Below are positions 1-8,481 of a DNA stretch of 64,000 bases, one piece after another. The stretch is from NCBI GenBank assembly GCA_964648765.1, contig CAZYLF010000001.1, positions 12,155-76,154 on the forward strand, written 5' to 3'. The position numbers and the translations under genes are program-made. Position 1 is the first letter of the stretch, and each line of letters opens with the position of its first letter. This stretch comes from an uncultured Candidatus Saccharibacteria bacterium. GTDB lineage: Bacteria; Patescibacteriota; Minisyncoccia; Phycocordibacterales; JACOZG01. The notes under the pieces are model-generated. The model was not told the origin of the DNA, ran no database searches, and was given only the letters and a program-made list of their open reading frames with translations.

Positions 1-51
1 CTGCGCCAGGCAGCAAAAGAACTATTGAAACAAACTTACTACGGAAGGAAT

Positions 52-2151
52 CTACGCGACAGCCAGAGCCTCCTCAATGTCGGCCGTCGAGCTCACCGGA
101 ACGATTTCCGCCCAGCTCACTCGCCGCAAACTGAGACTCGGCTCACCAAGTGAAGCAAGGCTCACAGTCTGCTCCATCTTGCCGGTCTTGCTATTCTTGA
201 CCGGTGTGGGAGTAATACCCTGGAACAGCTTGTTGCCGCTTTTCTCCATCGCAAACAGGATCAAGCGCTTAATGCAGCGCACCACCAGCAAACGCTTACG
301 CACTGCCTTGGCCTTCTCCTCAGCCTCTTCAAGTGCAGTCACCCGACTAAAGTCAGGGGTTGCCGCAACCTTAAATCCCTTGAGCTCATACTTAGAGGCC
401 GCTGCCGCGTAGCTGTCACTTGCCTCAACCTTAGTCCGCTCAGGATAAGATGGAGCAGTGCCCGTAGAAACGCGAAGCGCCTTCACTCGGGCATTGATCG
501 CCTTCTGCTCGGCCTCCAGCATGATCTCTTCCTTCATCAAATCAATAAGGCCAAGTCCCTTAGGGTTGGCCCATGAAGAAACAATCATCGGCAACACTGT
601 GAGGTCAAGCGTGAAGAGCTTAGTCTCCGAAAACCGGAGATTGTCAGCGATCACGCCCCACTTCTGACAAAGCTCAAAGGCCTTCTTTGTAAGATAGGCT
701 TCGAGAGTGTCTTGGTGGAGACTACCGTCTTTGATAATGACGTAGTTCCGGAAACGCTGTCCGTCAACCCACTTGCCGGTATCCTCATCCTGTTCCTCCA
801 CATCAACTTCCGTCTTCATGGAGAAATTGAATCGTTCCTGATTCGACTGAATCTCAGTCATCTTGATCTTGGCATTCGGCTTGGGACGCACACCTTTTTC
901 GATCACCGTGGCGGTGGTCTTTTGGTATGTGCCACGAGGGATGAATACGGTGCAATCTTCTTCAAGAAGCACCCGAAGTAAATTGACCACACAAGCGGCC
1001 TCACCAGCTCCGATAAACTTCTTGGTTGAGTAACGCTGACGGATACCCGTGTCGATAATGATTCGACGCAATTGATCCCCCACCTCGAGACGTTCTCGGT
1101 CGGTGTAAGCACTGCCCGCCATCATGCCAAGCATGTTCTGCCCAGCTTCCTGGAGAATCTTGGATGATGCAACCAGATCACCAGTTTGGAATGCCCACGA
1201 GGCAAACGCCAATGAGGCATCCAGCGCACCACCTTCAGACAAAGCCTTGGTGGTAATCGGTTCGGCATCAAACGCCTCGCCGTTCACCTTGCCACTCATG
1301 GTCAGGCTAGTTGTCCCGGTTGGGAGAACCACAAACAATGTGACCTCACCATCGTGGAGAGACCGGAGTGTTGCCACTCCATTATCCCCAACTCGATCCA
1401 CTTGCGGAGTTGCTCGGAGAACCATTCCTGGCTTCCCCTTGCCGCCCGTAAATGAAAGTTGCGCGTCAACAAAACTTGTTGCGCGACCAGTGGCCAGAAT
1501 ATCGCTAATCACCGGACCAAAAAGTCCGATGTCATTGATATGCCGATTAACACCAGTCCCACCATTTTTGCGAACGAGATCAGCCAGAAAGCTGGCATTG
1601 TAATAATTGCCGTAACCCAAAGTGGACAAGCTTGCGTCGTGGCTCAGACCCAAAGTTTGAGCATGTTCCACAGACTGCGCGACCTCTTCAGCCTCACTCC
1701 AACGAGAGGGTACGGGGCAACCATCAGTAAACAACATCAAATGATGTTGTAGACCACCAGCATTTTCCACACTCTCAATCACCCGCTCCAGACCTTCTGA
1801 AAACACGGTGTTGCTGAGAGTGTGAACGGCCCCAATTTCTTCAACCAGCTGCTTCTTCCCCCGAGCATCGCAGACCAAAGGACCAGCCAAAAGCTTGGCT
1901 TGGTCGTGACCGCTAAAGATAATGATCGAGGCCAGGTCAGCGGGATTCAACGTGCCGATGAAGGCTTGCAGATCCCTCTTTACCTGATTCAACGCCCAGG
2001 CCATCGAGCCTGAAACGTCCCACTGAAGTAGCCAATGTACTGGCCCAGCAGTTGGTGGCCGACTTGCCCTCAGAACGACTTTTGCCACCGTGTTACCGGT
2101 GGCTTTAAGAGTACCCAACTCGCAACTCACGACCTTCAGATCGTTCCTCAA
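52..2151 (-). CDS. vWA (von Willebrand factor A) domain protein, 699 aa, GC-rich foreign-looking gene
   Basis: N-terminal MIDAS-like motif DVSGSM (DxSxS) with downstream T and D residues typical of vWA. The ORF begins with TTG preceded by GGAAGGAG. GC is about 55 % against about 42 % for the neighbouring genes. The C-terminal approximately 450 aa were not recognised. Confidence 0.6.
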   Translation of the reverse strand: MRNDLKVVSCELGTLKATGNTVAKVVLRASRPPTAGPVHWLLQWDVSGSMAWALNQVKRDLQAFIGTLNPADLASIIIFSGHDQAKLLAGPLVCDARGKKQLVEEIGAVHTLSNTVFSEGLERVIESVENAGGLQHHLMLFTDGCPVPSRWSEAEEVAQSVEHAQTLGLSHDASLSTLGYGNYYNASFLADLVRKNGGTGVNRHINDIGLFGPVISDILATGRATSFVDAQLSFTGGKGKPGMVLRATPQVDRVGDNGVATLRSLHDGEVTLFVVLPTGTTSLTMSGKVNGEAFDAEPITTKALSEGGALDASLAFASWAFQTGDLVASSKILQEAGQNMLGMMAGSAYTDRERLEVGDQLRRIIIDTGIRQRYSTKKFIGAGEAACVVNLLRVLLEEDCTVFIPRGTYQKTTATVIEKGVRPKPNAKIKMTEIQSNQERFNFSMKTEVDVEEQDEDTGKWVDGQRFRNYVIIKDGSLHQDTLEAYLTKKAFELCQKWGVIADNLRFSETKLFTLDLTVLPMIVSSWANPKGLGLIDLMKEEIMLEAEQKAINARVKALRVSTGTAPSYPERTKVEASDSYAAAASKYELKGFKVAATPDFSRVTALEEAEEKAKAVRKRLLVVRCIKRLILFAMEKSGNKLFQGITPTPVKNSKTGKMEQTVSLASLGEPSLSLRRVSWAEIVPVSSTADIEEALAVA

Positions 2152-2243
2152 TTGTCACTTCTCCTTCCTTGATGTCAAAGATCTACAGCACGAGGGCAGC
2201 GCTTTGCTGACCTATAATTCGTGCTTAAATCCTCCCGCCTGAG

Positions 2244-2272
2244 ACCATAGCAGATAACTACATTTTAGTCAA
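2244..2272 (-). promoter_or_regulatory. putative sigma70-type promoter for the vWA gene (TTGACT, 17 nt, TATGGT)
   Basis: Reverse complement reads cccctaTTGACTaaaatgtagttatctgcTATGGTctc, about 90 nt upstream of the TTG start and SD. Confidence 0.4.
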
Positions 2273-2284
2273 TAGGGGGTAAAT

Positions 2285-3232
2285 CTAACTCTTTATTTCT
2301 GGAAAATATTTTTCGATATAGTTCACCACTTGGGAGTAGCCATTTTTATCTAACCATTCACGAGCAGTGGTAAAAAGACGTACTGCCTCGCAAAAATTTT
2401 CTTCATAATCTTTACCCCCTCCTTTATCATATTCTTTTGCGTAAGCCGTAATGTCACCAAGCTGATCAACTATCTCTTCCCACTCTTTTTTGTGTGGCAT
2501 CTTTTTTATTAAGTGCTCAAAAATATTATGAGCAATCTCGTGGGCAAGTGATCCAAGTGCATAAAGTTTAGATCGCTCAACTTGAGGGGTTAACGATAAG
2601 TACTCTAAACCTACCTCTTTTAATTTATTATCTTTGATGCCCTTGTTCTCTTTATCAAATTCTTGATTATAAATAACTACAGGTGTGGGTAATACATTCC
2701 CAGGGTCTACTAAAGTTATTTGTAATAGTTCGTTGGTGGTAATACTGTTCCAAATGCTATAGCTTTCCGCACGATAAATATATTCTTCAAAATGCTTCTT
2801 CTGTTCCAAGGAGAGTTGCCCTAAATACTTAACGAAGACTTCTTTGGGAATATAGTAATATCTCCCCGCAGGTAATCCAAGAAAATTATCTTCTTGAGAC
2901 TGATAGTAAACATCATTCAACCTAATCTTAATTGATGACACCAGTGCTTTACGTAAAATGTTCCCCTCGAAATGAGTATCGACAAACTCTCCCAACTCGG
3001 TATCAGTAAAAAGTTGTTCATCATTACTCTCAACAACAATCTCTGGCTCAGCAATTTTATCTAAAGTTTTTTTGTAAGGATAGAGCTCATTATTTTCAAA
3101 CTTTTTAACCAAATCACCCACTACCTCCATTACCAAACCAGTATTATCATATTGTTCAAATTCCAATCTCATTTCTTCCAAACTAATGGGAGGACTTTCT
3201 TGCTCCACAAACTGCTCCATCTTTAAATTCAT
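2285..3232 (-). CDS. hypothetical protein with HExxH motif (possible zinc metallopeptidase-like), 315 aa
   Basis: HEIAH motif (LGSLAHEIAHNIFEH) near the C-terminal third; otherwise unrecognised; AT-rich native composition. Confidence 0.45.
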   Translation of the reverse strand: MNLKMEQFVEQESPPISLEEMRLEFEQYDNTGLVMEVVGDLVKKFENNELYPYKKTLDKIAEPEIVVESNDEQLFTDTELGEFVDTHFEGNILRKALVSSIKIRLNDVYYQSQEDNFLGLPAGRYYYIPKEVFVKYLGQLSLEQKKHFEEYIYRAESYSIWNSITTNELLQITLVDPGNVLPTPVVIYNQEFDKENKGIKDNKLKEVGLEYLSLTPQVERSKLYALGSLAHEIAHNIFEHLIKKMPHKKEWEEIVDQLGDITAYAKEYDKGGGKDYEENFCEAVRLFTTAREWLDKNGYSQVVNYIEKYFPEIKS

Positions 3233-3237
3233 ATATA

Positions 3238-3603
3238 TTAAAGATTATCTAAAATAACTAAAATTTGCTCTGCCAGATCTTCAGTTTTCACACTCTGGCC
3301 AGCCATTAAAAGCGCTTCCTCAAGAGCGCTTATTCCTCTCGCCTTTTCTCTTGCCGAATCTAGACAAACTTTGGCAATCTTAATTTCAGCTTTTATATTT
3401 GCTCGGTTAGGGAGGTCTAAATCGTCGGGATTACTTTTAACTTCTTGATCTACTTCTGCGTGCACCCGATCAACATATTTTTGTAATAATATTTTTGTTG
3501 GTTCATGATCAACACCATTAGCACTGAGGGCCTCAACTACCATTCCTTCTAAAGCTCCAAAATCCTCAAGTGAATTAAATGATTCTTGTGACATAACTAC
3601 CAT
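3238..3603 (-). CDS. hypothetical acidic protein, 121 aa
   Basis: Uninterrupted ORF tightly packed between flanking genes; no recognisable motif. Confidence 0.4.
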   Translation of the reverse strand: MVVMSQESFNSLEDFGALEGMVVEALSANGVDHEPTKILLQKYVDRVHAEVDQEVKSNPDDLDLPNRANIKAEIKIAKVCLDSAREKARGISALEEALLMAGQSVKTEDLAEQILVILDNL

Positions 3604-3672
3604 TATAAGGTAAATATCACTAAATTGAGAAGTATAAAAAAACTCGGAGGAATAAAACCTCCGAGTAATTGC

Positions 3673-4347
3673 CTAGACCTCTAATTTACCCTCCCAAGGG
3701 ACAACCGATCGATCCAAAACCAAACGAGACTGGCCATTGGATCCTTGCACTCCACGGTAAATTGTTACGGAAGCGTTAGCGTAAACCTTTCCATTGTAGC
3801 GCGCTACTGCCTCCTCAATTGAAAAGTGTTCAATCAGACGCTGAAAAAGAATCAGCCAGTGCCCATGGACTACCATCATGACCTTCTTCCCACCATAATC
3901 TCGAAAGAGGGTGCCTAAGAAGCTGTGAATTCGTAATTCCACATCGGGCCAATTTTCTCCGCCTATCGGTCTATAATGATAAAGACCTTCTCGCTCCTTC
4001 CTGATAACCTCAAAAGGGAGAGACTTTTCTACTTGCTCTTGAGTCATCACATGCCAGATACCTCGCTGTGCTTCTGCAAGCCTTGGGTCCTCATAAATTT
4101 TTGCATCAGGAAACATCTTCCTCATGGTCTGCTTAGTGCGAATATAATATGAAGAGTAGTAAGCATCAAAACCTTCAGGAAACTCATCATTTAGGTAACC
4201 GCCTGTGATCTCTGCCTGTCGATCACCTAAAGAAGTAATCCCATATTTATGAGTTCCAACATCACACTCCGCACGCTCATCAGCAGATAAAACATTACCT
4301 TTAGATTCAGCGTGTCTTACTAAAACCACCACTTCCGGCCATGCCAT
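3673..4347 (-). CDS. histidine phosphatase superfamily protein (phosphoglycerate mutase-like)
   Basis: N-terminal LVRHAESKGN (RHG-type catalytic motif) and a C-terminal VVHGHWL-like segment typical of branch-1 histidine phosphatases. Confidence 0.6.
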   Translation of the reverse strand: MAWPEVVVLVRHAESKGNVLSADERAECDVGTHKYGITSLGDRQAEITGGYLNDEFPEGFDAYYSSYYIRTKQTMRKMFPDAKIYEDPRLAEAQRGIWHVMTQEQVEKSLPFEVIRKEREGLYHYRPIGGENWPDVELRIHSFLGTLFRDYGGKKVMMVVHGHWLILFQRLIEHFSIEEAVARYNGKVYANASVTIYRGVQGSNGQSRLVLDRSVVPWEGKLEV

Positions 4348-4351
4348 AAAA

Positions 4352-4801
4352 TTACTCCTGTTTAGCTACAATTTCTTCTCTCAACTTCATCCAGATTCTG
4401 CCCAGATGATTTTGTCCCTGGTGATCTGGACCACGACCCCAAAAGGCATCTTTGGGCGAATCTTCTATCATTTTCCGCTCTCCTGTTTTGATTAACTTTT
4501 CGCGGATATATGGATGCTGTTCGAGTTTAGCTCGCAAAATTTCCTCCATAATCGCCACATTCACCTCGTGCCAATCCGGCCGCTTTTGCTCGTCATACTG
4601 CTCAGCTATTTTTTTAGCCATATGAGCGGAAGTGGCCTTCCTAATCCCCTCCTGCAAAGTTGGGTGATTAAACTTGGCCGCTTGGTAAGCGTGTTCCGAT
4701 GTCGGCCAGAGTTTACCTCGCCATACTACGGCGAATGAGGCAAAGTTAGAGAACATGTAAAACGGACCTTCGTAGAATTTAACAGGCTCCAACGTTTCCA
4801 T
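4352..4801 (-). CDS. NADAR-domain (YbiA/DUF1768-like) protein
   Basis: Motifs FYEGPFYMFSNFA, WPTSEHAYQAAKF and LGRIWMKLR match the NADAR/YbiA family signature. Confidence 0.65.
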   Translation of the reverse strand: METLEPVKFYEGPFYMFSNFASFAVVWRGKLWPTSEHAYQAAKFNHPTLQEGIRKATSAHMAKKIAEQYDEQKRPDWHEVNVAIMEEILRAKLEQHPYIREKLIKTGERKMIEDSPKDAFWGRGPDHQGQNHLGRIWMKLREEIVAKQE

Positions 4802-4831
4802 AAATCAGCTCCTTTGTTTTAGGCACTAGCT

Positions 4832-5215
4832 TTAGTTAACCTTATTGACTCTTTCAATAAGGGCCGATAAACCAAGACTATGTGAGGACTTGCCTTCCTC
4901 CCCGCTACGGATAATGAACCAGCAATGAATATGCTTAACACGTTGCCCAGCTCGCACCCCTTCGTTATAACTTAAATTGAAGTCGGTCTCAATTTTTTCC
5001 GCCTCTGCAAAAAAATCCCTGAGCAGACAATTCACGGATTCTTGCCACCCGTCTGGCAAATCAAAAATAGATTCAACATGTGCCTTAGGAATAATGAGGT
5101 AGCGGCCGGGCAGAGGTTGCTGGTCACTACCCAACGCCGCGATCAAATATGCGATTTGGTTTTCCTTAAGAATCTTGACCTTTCCGTTTTGAACACAAAA
5201 TGGGCACTCGAGCAT
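4832..5215 (-). CDS. HIT (histidine triad) family nucleotide hydrolase/transferase
   Basis: Histidine triad-like VKHIHCWFI (HxHxHxx) near the C-terminus; size 127 aa typical of HIT proteins. Confidence 0.6.
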   Translation of the reverse strand: MLECPFCVQNGKVKILKENQIAYLIAALGSDQQPLPGRYLIIPKAHVESIFDLPDGWQESVNCLLRDFFAEAEKIETDFNLSYNEGVRAGQRVKHIHCWFIIRSGEEGKSSHSLGLSALIERVNKVN

Positions 5216-5300
5216 TTACGTATCTCCTAGTATTAACACTAACAAAGTCCTACCAACCCCCACCCTAGCAGAGTTCAGGAGAATTTTCAAAAATTAAAAG

Positions 5301-5372
5301 GGTGCCTAGTGGGAATCGAACCCACAACGCCGCTTCCACAGAGCGGAGTTTTACCACTAAACTATAGGCACC
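5301..5372 (-). tRNA. tRNA-His (anticodon GTG) with extra 5' G(-1)
   Basis: Reverse complement folds as a cloverleaf. Acceptor stem is gtgccta/taggcac with an additional 5' G opposite discriminator C. Anticodon loop ctGTGga; T-loop ttcgatt. Confidence 0.8.
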
Positions 5373-5375
5373 ATA

Positions 5376-5897
5376 CTATTTATACGTTGGCGGCTCCTCA
5401 GTTATACCAGACTCGTGGTTAACGAGTCTAGCTAAAGCGTAAAGGAGAGACGACAAACGATTGAGATAAGCCATCGAATGCTCCCCCATTTTACGCACAC
5501 CTTCTTCGTTCACCTGCACCACTCGCCTCTCCGCGCGACGCGCCACGGTGCGCGCAAAGTCGAAGAGTGACGCTACTTCCGTACCACCAGAAACAAAGAA
5601 GGTTTTAATTGGTGGCAATTTTTTCTCCACTTCATCAATCACCGCTTCCACTGCCTTCACCTTATCTTCCGTCACGGTTTTGTCAGCTCCGGCAAGTTCG
5701 GCTTGAATGATAAAGAGAGTTTGCTGCACGCCGCCAATTAATTCCGCCTTAGCACTCTTAATTTTACAAAGTCCAAGCAAAGAATTAATTTCGTCTAAAG
5801 AACCAAGAGCCTCGGCAATAGCCGAGGACTTGGAAACACGTTGATCGCAACCAAAAGTTTTAGTTGTTCCACTGTCCCCTTTACGTGTGTATAGCAT
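5376..5897 (-). CDS. ATP:cob(I)alamin adenosyltransferase, PduO-type (MMAB family)
   Basis: N-terminal YTRKGDSGTT motif and overall length and helical composition typical of PduO-type adenosyltransferases. Confidence 0.7.
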   Translation of the reverse strand: MLYTRKGDSGTTKTFGCDQRVSKSSAIAEALGSLDEINSLLGLCKIKSAKAELIGGVQQTLFIIQAELAGADKTVTEDKVKAVEAVIDEVEKKLPPIKTFFVSGGTEVASLFDFARTVARRAERRVVQVNEEGVRKMGEHSMAYLNRLSSLLYALARLVNHESGITEEPPTYK

Positions 5898-5932
5898 ATG
5901 TGGACTATACCACGTTTAAGGGAAAAAGGAAA

Positions 5933-6454
5933 TTATCGAGTGACTGAGATCGCTGTTGTGCTCTCAGCGTCACACGAGCCCACTGTTACAGAACCATTAA
6001 CACTTCGGCTCATGTAATAACCCGTACGAGCTGTTGTCCAACTACCTGAACCATTTGGATTAACTGGCATTTTGCCCAAATAACCTTCGTCTACAAGCGA
6101 TTGAAGATTTACACAATTTGCAGCTGCGGTAACGAAGGAACATCCAGTATCGCAAGCGGTAGTCGTTGTTCCATTACTGATTTGATAATTAGTGACCGGA
6201 TTAGTAACAACGGCGGATGGCCCAGTGCCAAAGAAACGTAAACCATAAGCATACGCTCCACGATTATCAACTTGGTCAACTTTAATAGCCGAGAGAATGG
6301 CGGTAACATCAGTCCAACGGCTAGCATCGCGTGCATCACGGAAGCGAGTTAAAGGATCTAGAGACACAAACACAACACCAGCCAAGATCGCAATGATCGC
6401 GATAACGATCAAAAGCTCAATTAAGGTAAATCCCTTCTTAAAATTTTTCTTCAT
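5933..6454 (-). CDS. type IV pilin (prepilin-type N-terminal cleavage/methylation domain), probable major pilin
   Basis: N-terminus MKKNFKKGFTLIELLIVIAIIAILAG is the class III signal peptide (G/FTLIE, Glu at +5) followed by a hydrophobic helix. Confidence 0.85.
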   Translation of the reverse strand: MKKNFKKGFTLIELLIVIAIIAILAGVVFVSLDPLTRFRDARDASRWTDVTAILSAIKVDQVDNRGAYAYGLRFFGTGPSAVVTNPVTNYQISNGTTTTACDTGCSFVTAAANCVNLQSLVDEGYLGKMPVNPNGSGSWTTARTGYYMSRSVNGSVTVGSCDAESTTAISVTR

Positions 6455-6536
6455 AATAATGTAAATTTTTAATAAATTAACCGACTAATTATCACTTGAT
6501 TCTACAATACTTGCGCCAAATGCCTAGTGGATAACG

Positions 6537-7622
6537 CTATTTAATGGGGATATATGGGTCTCGACTTAGTCTTTCGCCTTTTATCCCCCTCATGGCCAAA
6601 CCTAAAGCCTCTAGATACAAATGAGCCTCGCTAGAAAATAGCGACCGATGCTCACCAGCCTGCACCAGAATTGGCGCAATGATAGGTAAAATAGTTTTTA
6701 AGCGAAACTCTTGATTAAAATATTCTGCTAGGCCAGGTAAACGCGCCGAGCCGCCAGCAAGCACAATTAATTCTGGTGGCAAACCGGCATGCGCCGACCG
6801 GTCAGCAAAAGTTGCGCGCATGTCAGCTAAAAGTGGGGCTAATTCCTTTTTAATAATTTGCCCAACTTTTGCCTCCGGACCATTTAGACCATTTTTTATT
6901 TTTAAAGCTTCGGCAGTGGGAGTAGGGAGTTTAAGTTCCTTAGCGATAGCTCCAGTTAAAACATCCCCAGCAATCTGATTAACAAATGTGTAATAAAGTC
7001 CTGACGGTCCAAACAAAGCAATAAATGTTTGCCTTGCGCCAATATCCACCAAACAGATATTTTTTCTAGGATGACTTGGCTCTATCCCCCGCCAGGTAGC
7101 CACCGTTTCAAGTTCAAAGGCATTAACCTTAACATTAATTGATTTGAAAAAGTTATCCCAAGTGGCCACAGCATCACTGTCGGCCACCAAAATTAACACC
7201 CTGGCTTTACCAGTGGCATCATCGATAATTTTGTGTGACACAATTTGACGCGCCCTAGGTAATGGCACATGCTTTTCAGCCATTTCACCCACCAACTCTT
7301 TAAGTGCCAATTTATTTGTCACCACCGTTTCATCTGGCACAAAATAATGAGTATAAAAATGCCGCTCGGGTAAACCAAAAGTAAAAGTCTCGCCCGTCAT
7401 TGAGAGGGGTTTGGCGTTTGCTAAAGTTTTTAAAACAATTTCAGCTAAGCGCTTCTCGTCTTTAATTAATCCTCCCACCACCACGCCAGCCGGTATAATT
7501 TGCCGAGCTAAAGATTTAATTTTTAGAGTTTTACCACGCGCGGCCAGCGTCACCACCTCAATGGCACTATCTGAAATATCTATTCCAGCCGACTTGTTTT
7601 CTCCCCAATTAAAATTAAACAT
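6537..7622 (-). CDS. pilM: type IV pilus assembly protein PilM (actin-like ATPase fold), copy 1
   Basis: 361 aa; N-terminal GIDISDSAIEVV and later VDIGARQT segments typical of PilM/FtsA-like ASKHA fold; embedded among pilin genes. Confidence 0.7.
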   Translation of the reverse strand: MFNFNWGENKSAGIDISDSAIEVVTLAARGKTLKIKSLARQIIPAGVVVGGLIKDEKRLAEIVLKTLANAKPLSMTGETFTFGLPERHFYTHYFVPDETVVTNKLALKELVGEMAEKHVPLPRARQIVSHKIIDDATGKARVLILVADSDAVATWDNFFKSINVKVNAFELETVATWRGIEPSHPRKNICLVDIGARQTFIALFGPSGLYYTFVNQIAGDVLTGAIAKELKLPTPTAEALKIKNGLNGPEAKVGQIIKKELAPLLADMRATFADRSAHAGLPPELIVLAGGSARLPGLAEYFNQEFRLKTILPIIAPILVQAGEHRSLFSSEAHLYLEALGLAMRGIKGERLSRDPYIPIK

Positions 7623-7633
7623 TTAAAAATTAA

Positions 7634-8026
7634 TTACTCTCCGTCTGTAAGTGCTGTAAGCAAAACCTGGTTGGGTAAAATGGAAATATTAGCAGAAAAA
7701 TATCTAAAATATTCATCCACATTTCCAGCCACAGTAATCCTCCGCAATGTTACACCAAGCGAGGTTACATTAATTATACACGAGCCTGCTGGGAGCGAGA
7801 GATTAATTGGTGAGATTGAGAGTCCATAATTTGGGTCATTCTTAATATTCGAAAGCGTTACCTCCAAACAACCTTCAACTAGCACCCTCGCCTCCTCTCC
7901 CCGAGAAAATTGATAACCAGAAGTAATTTGCGCTAAGCCAGAAAAGGACGATCCCATACCCACCGCGAGTAAAGCGGCGCTTAAAATAATTACAGTGATA
8001 AGGGCGATAAAACCTTTTTGCTTCAT
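7634..8026 (-). CDS. minor pilin / pseudopilin (prepilin N-terminal domain)
   Basis: MKQKGFIALITVIILSAALLAVG prepilin-like N-terminus. The likely start is the internal ATG (4-nt overlap with the upstream gene) rather than the extended ORF start at 8059. Confidence 0.6.
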   Translation of the reverse strand: MKQKGFIALITVIILSAALLAVGMGSSFSGLAQITSGYQFSRGEEARVLVEGCLEVTLSNIKNDPNYGLSISPINLSLPAGSCIINVTSLGVTLRRITVAGNVDEYFRYFSANISILPNQVLLTALTDGE

Positions 8027-8481
8027 GGGGTTATTTTTTGGGTTACACTTGTTCGCCAATTAATTCCACTTACGTTCAAATTAATATTTATATTTGCGGA
8101 GCCACCATTGTCGAGTCTCCTAAAACTTAAACCTGAAACTGGCACACTTTGTGAACTAAGCGACCAAGAGTTACTGGCCTGATCGGTAGCCGTTAAAACA
8201 CCACCGATAACCTCAAAGGCAAGGGTCGTAGTGGAAGTAAGTTGTAATCTTAATTTATTTGAAGTTTGAAGCGGAAGTGGTTCAAGTATACTGATTGCCC
8301 CACGCGTTTTTGCTGAAATTAGATTTAGCATTACCCGAGTCTCGCCCACCATAATATTAGACCCACTTAAATCCTCGGCCGATGAAGTTACGCCGATAGT
8401 GTAATAAATAAAACTCACTAGCATCCCACTCACCAGCGCGAGGTAAATTAAAAGCTCAATTAAAGTTATACCTTTTTTCAT
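8023..8481 (-). CDS. minor pilin (prepilin-type N-terminal domain)
   Basis: MKKGITLIELLIYLALVSGMLVS: G-ITLIE prepilin cleavage motif plus hydrophobic helix. Confidence 0.7.
   Translation of the reverse strand: MKKGITLIELLIYLALVSGMLVSFIYYTIGVTSSAEDLSGSNIMVGETRVMLNLISAKTRGAISILEPLPLQTSNKLRLQLTSTTTLAFEVIGGVLTATDQASNSWSLSSQSVPVSGLSFRRLDNGGSANININLNVSGINWRTSVTQKITP

Noticed and set aside
1124-2013. Plus-strand ORFs 1124-1603, 1459-1752 and 1822-2013 opposite the vWA gene.
   Set aside because: GC-rich antisense shadows of the 699-aa gene; no RBS or promoter.
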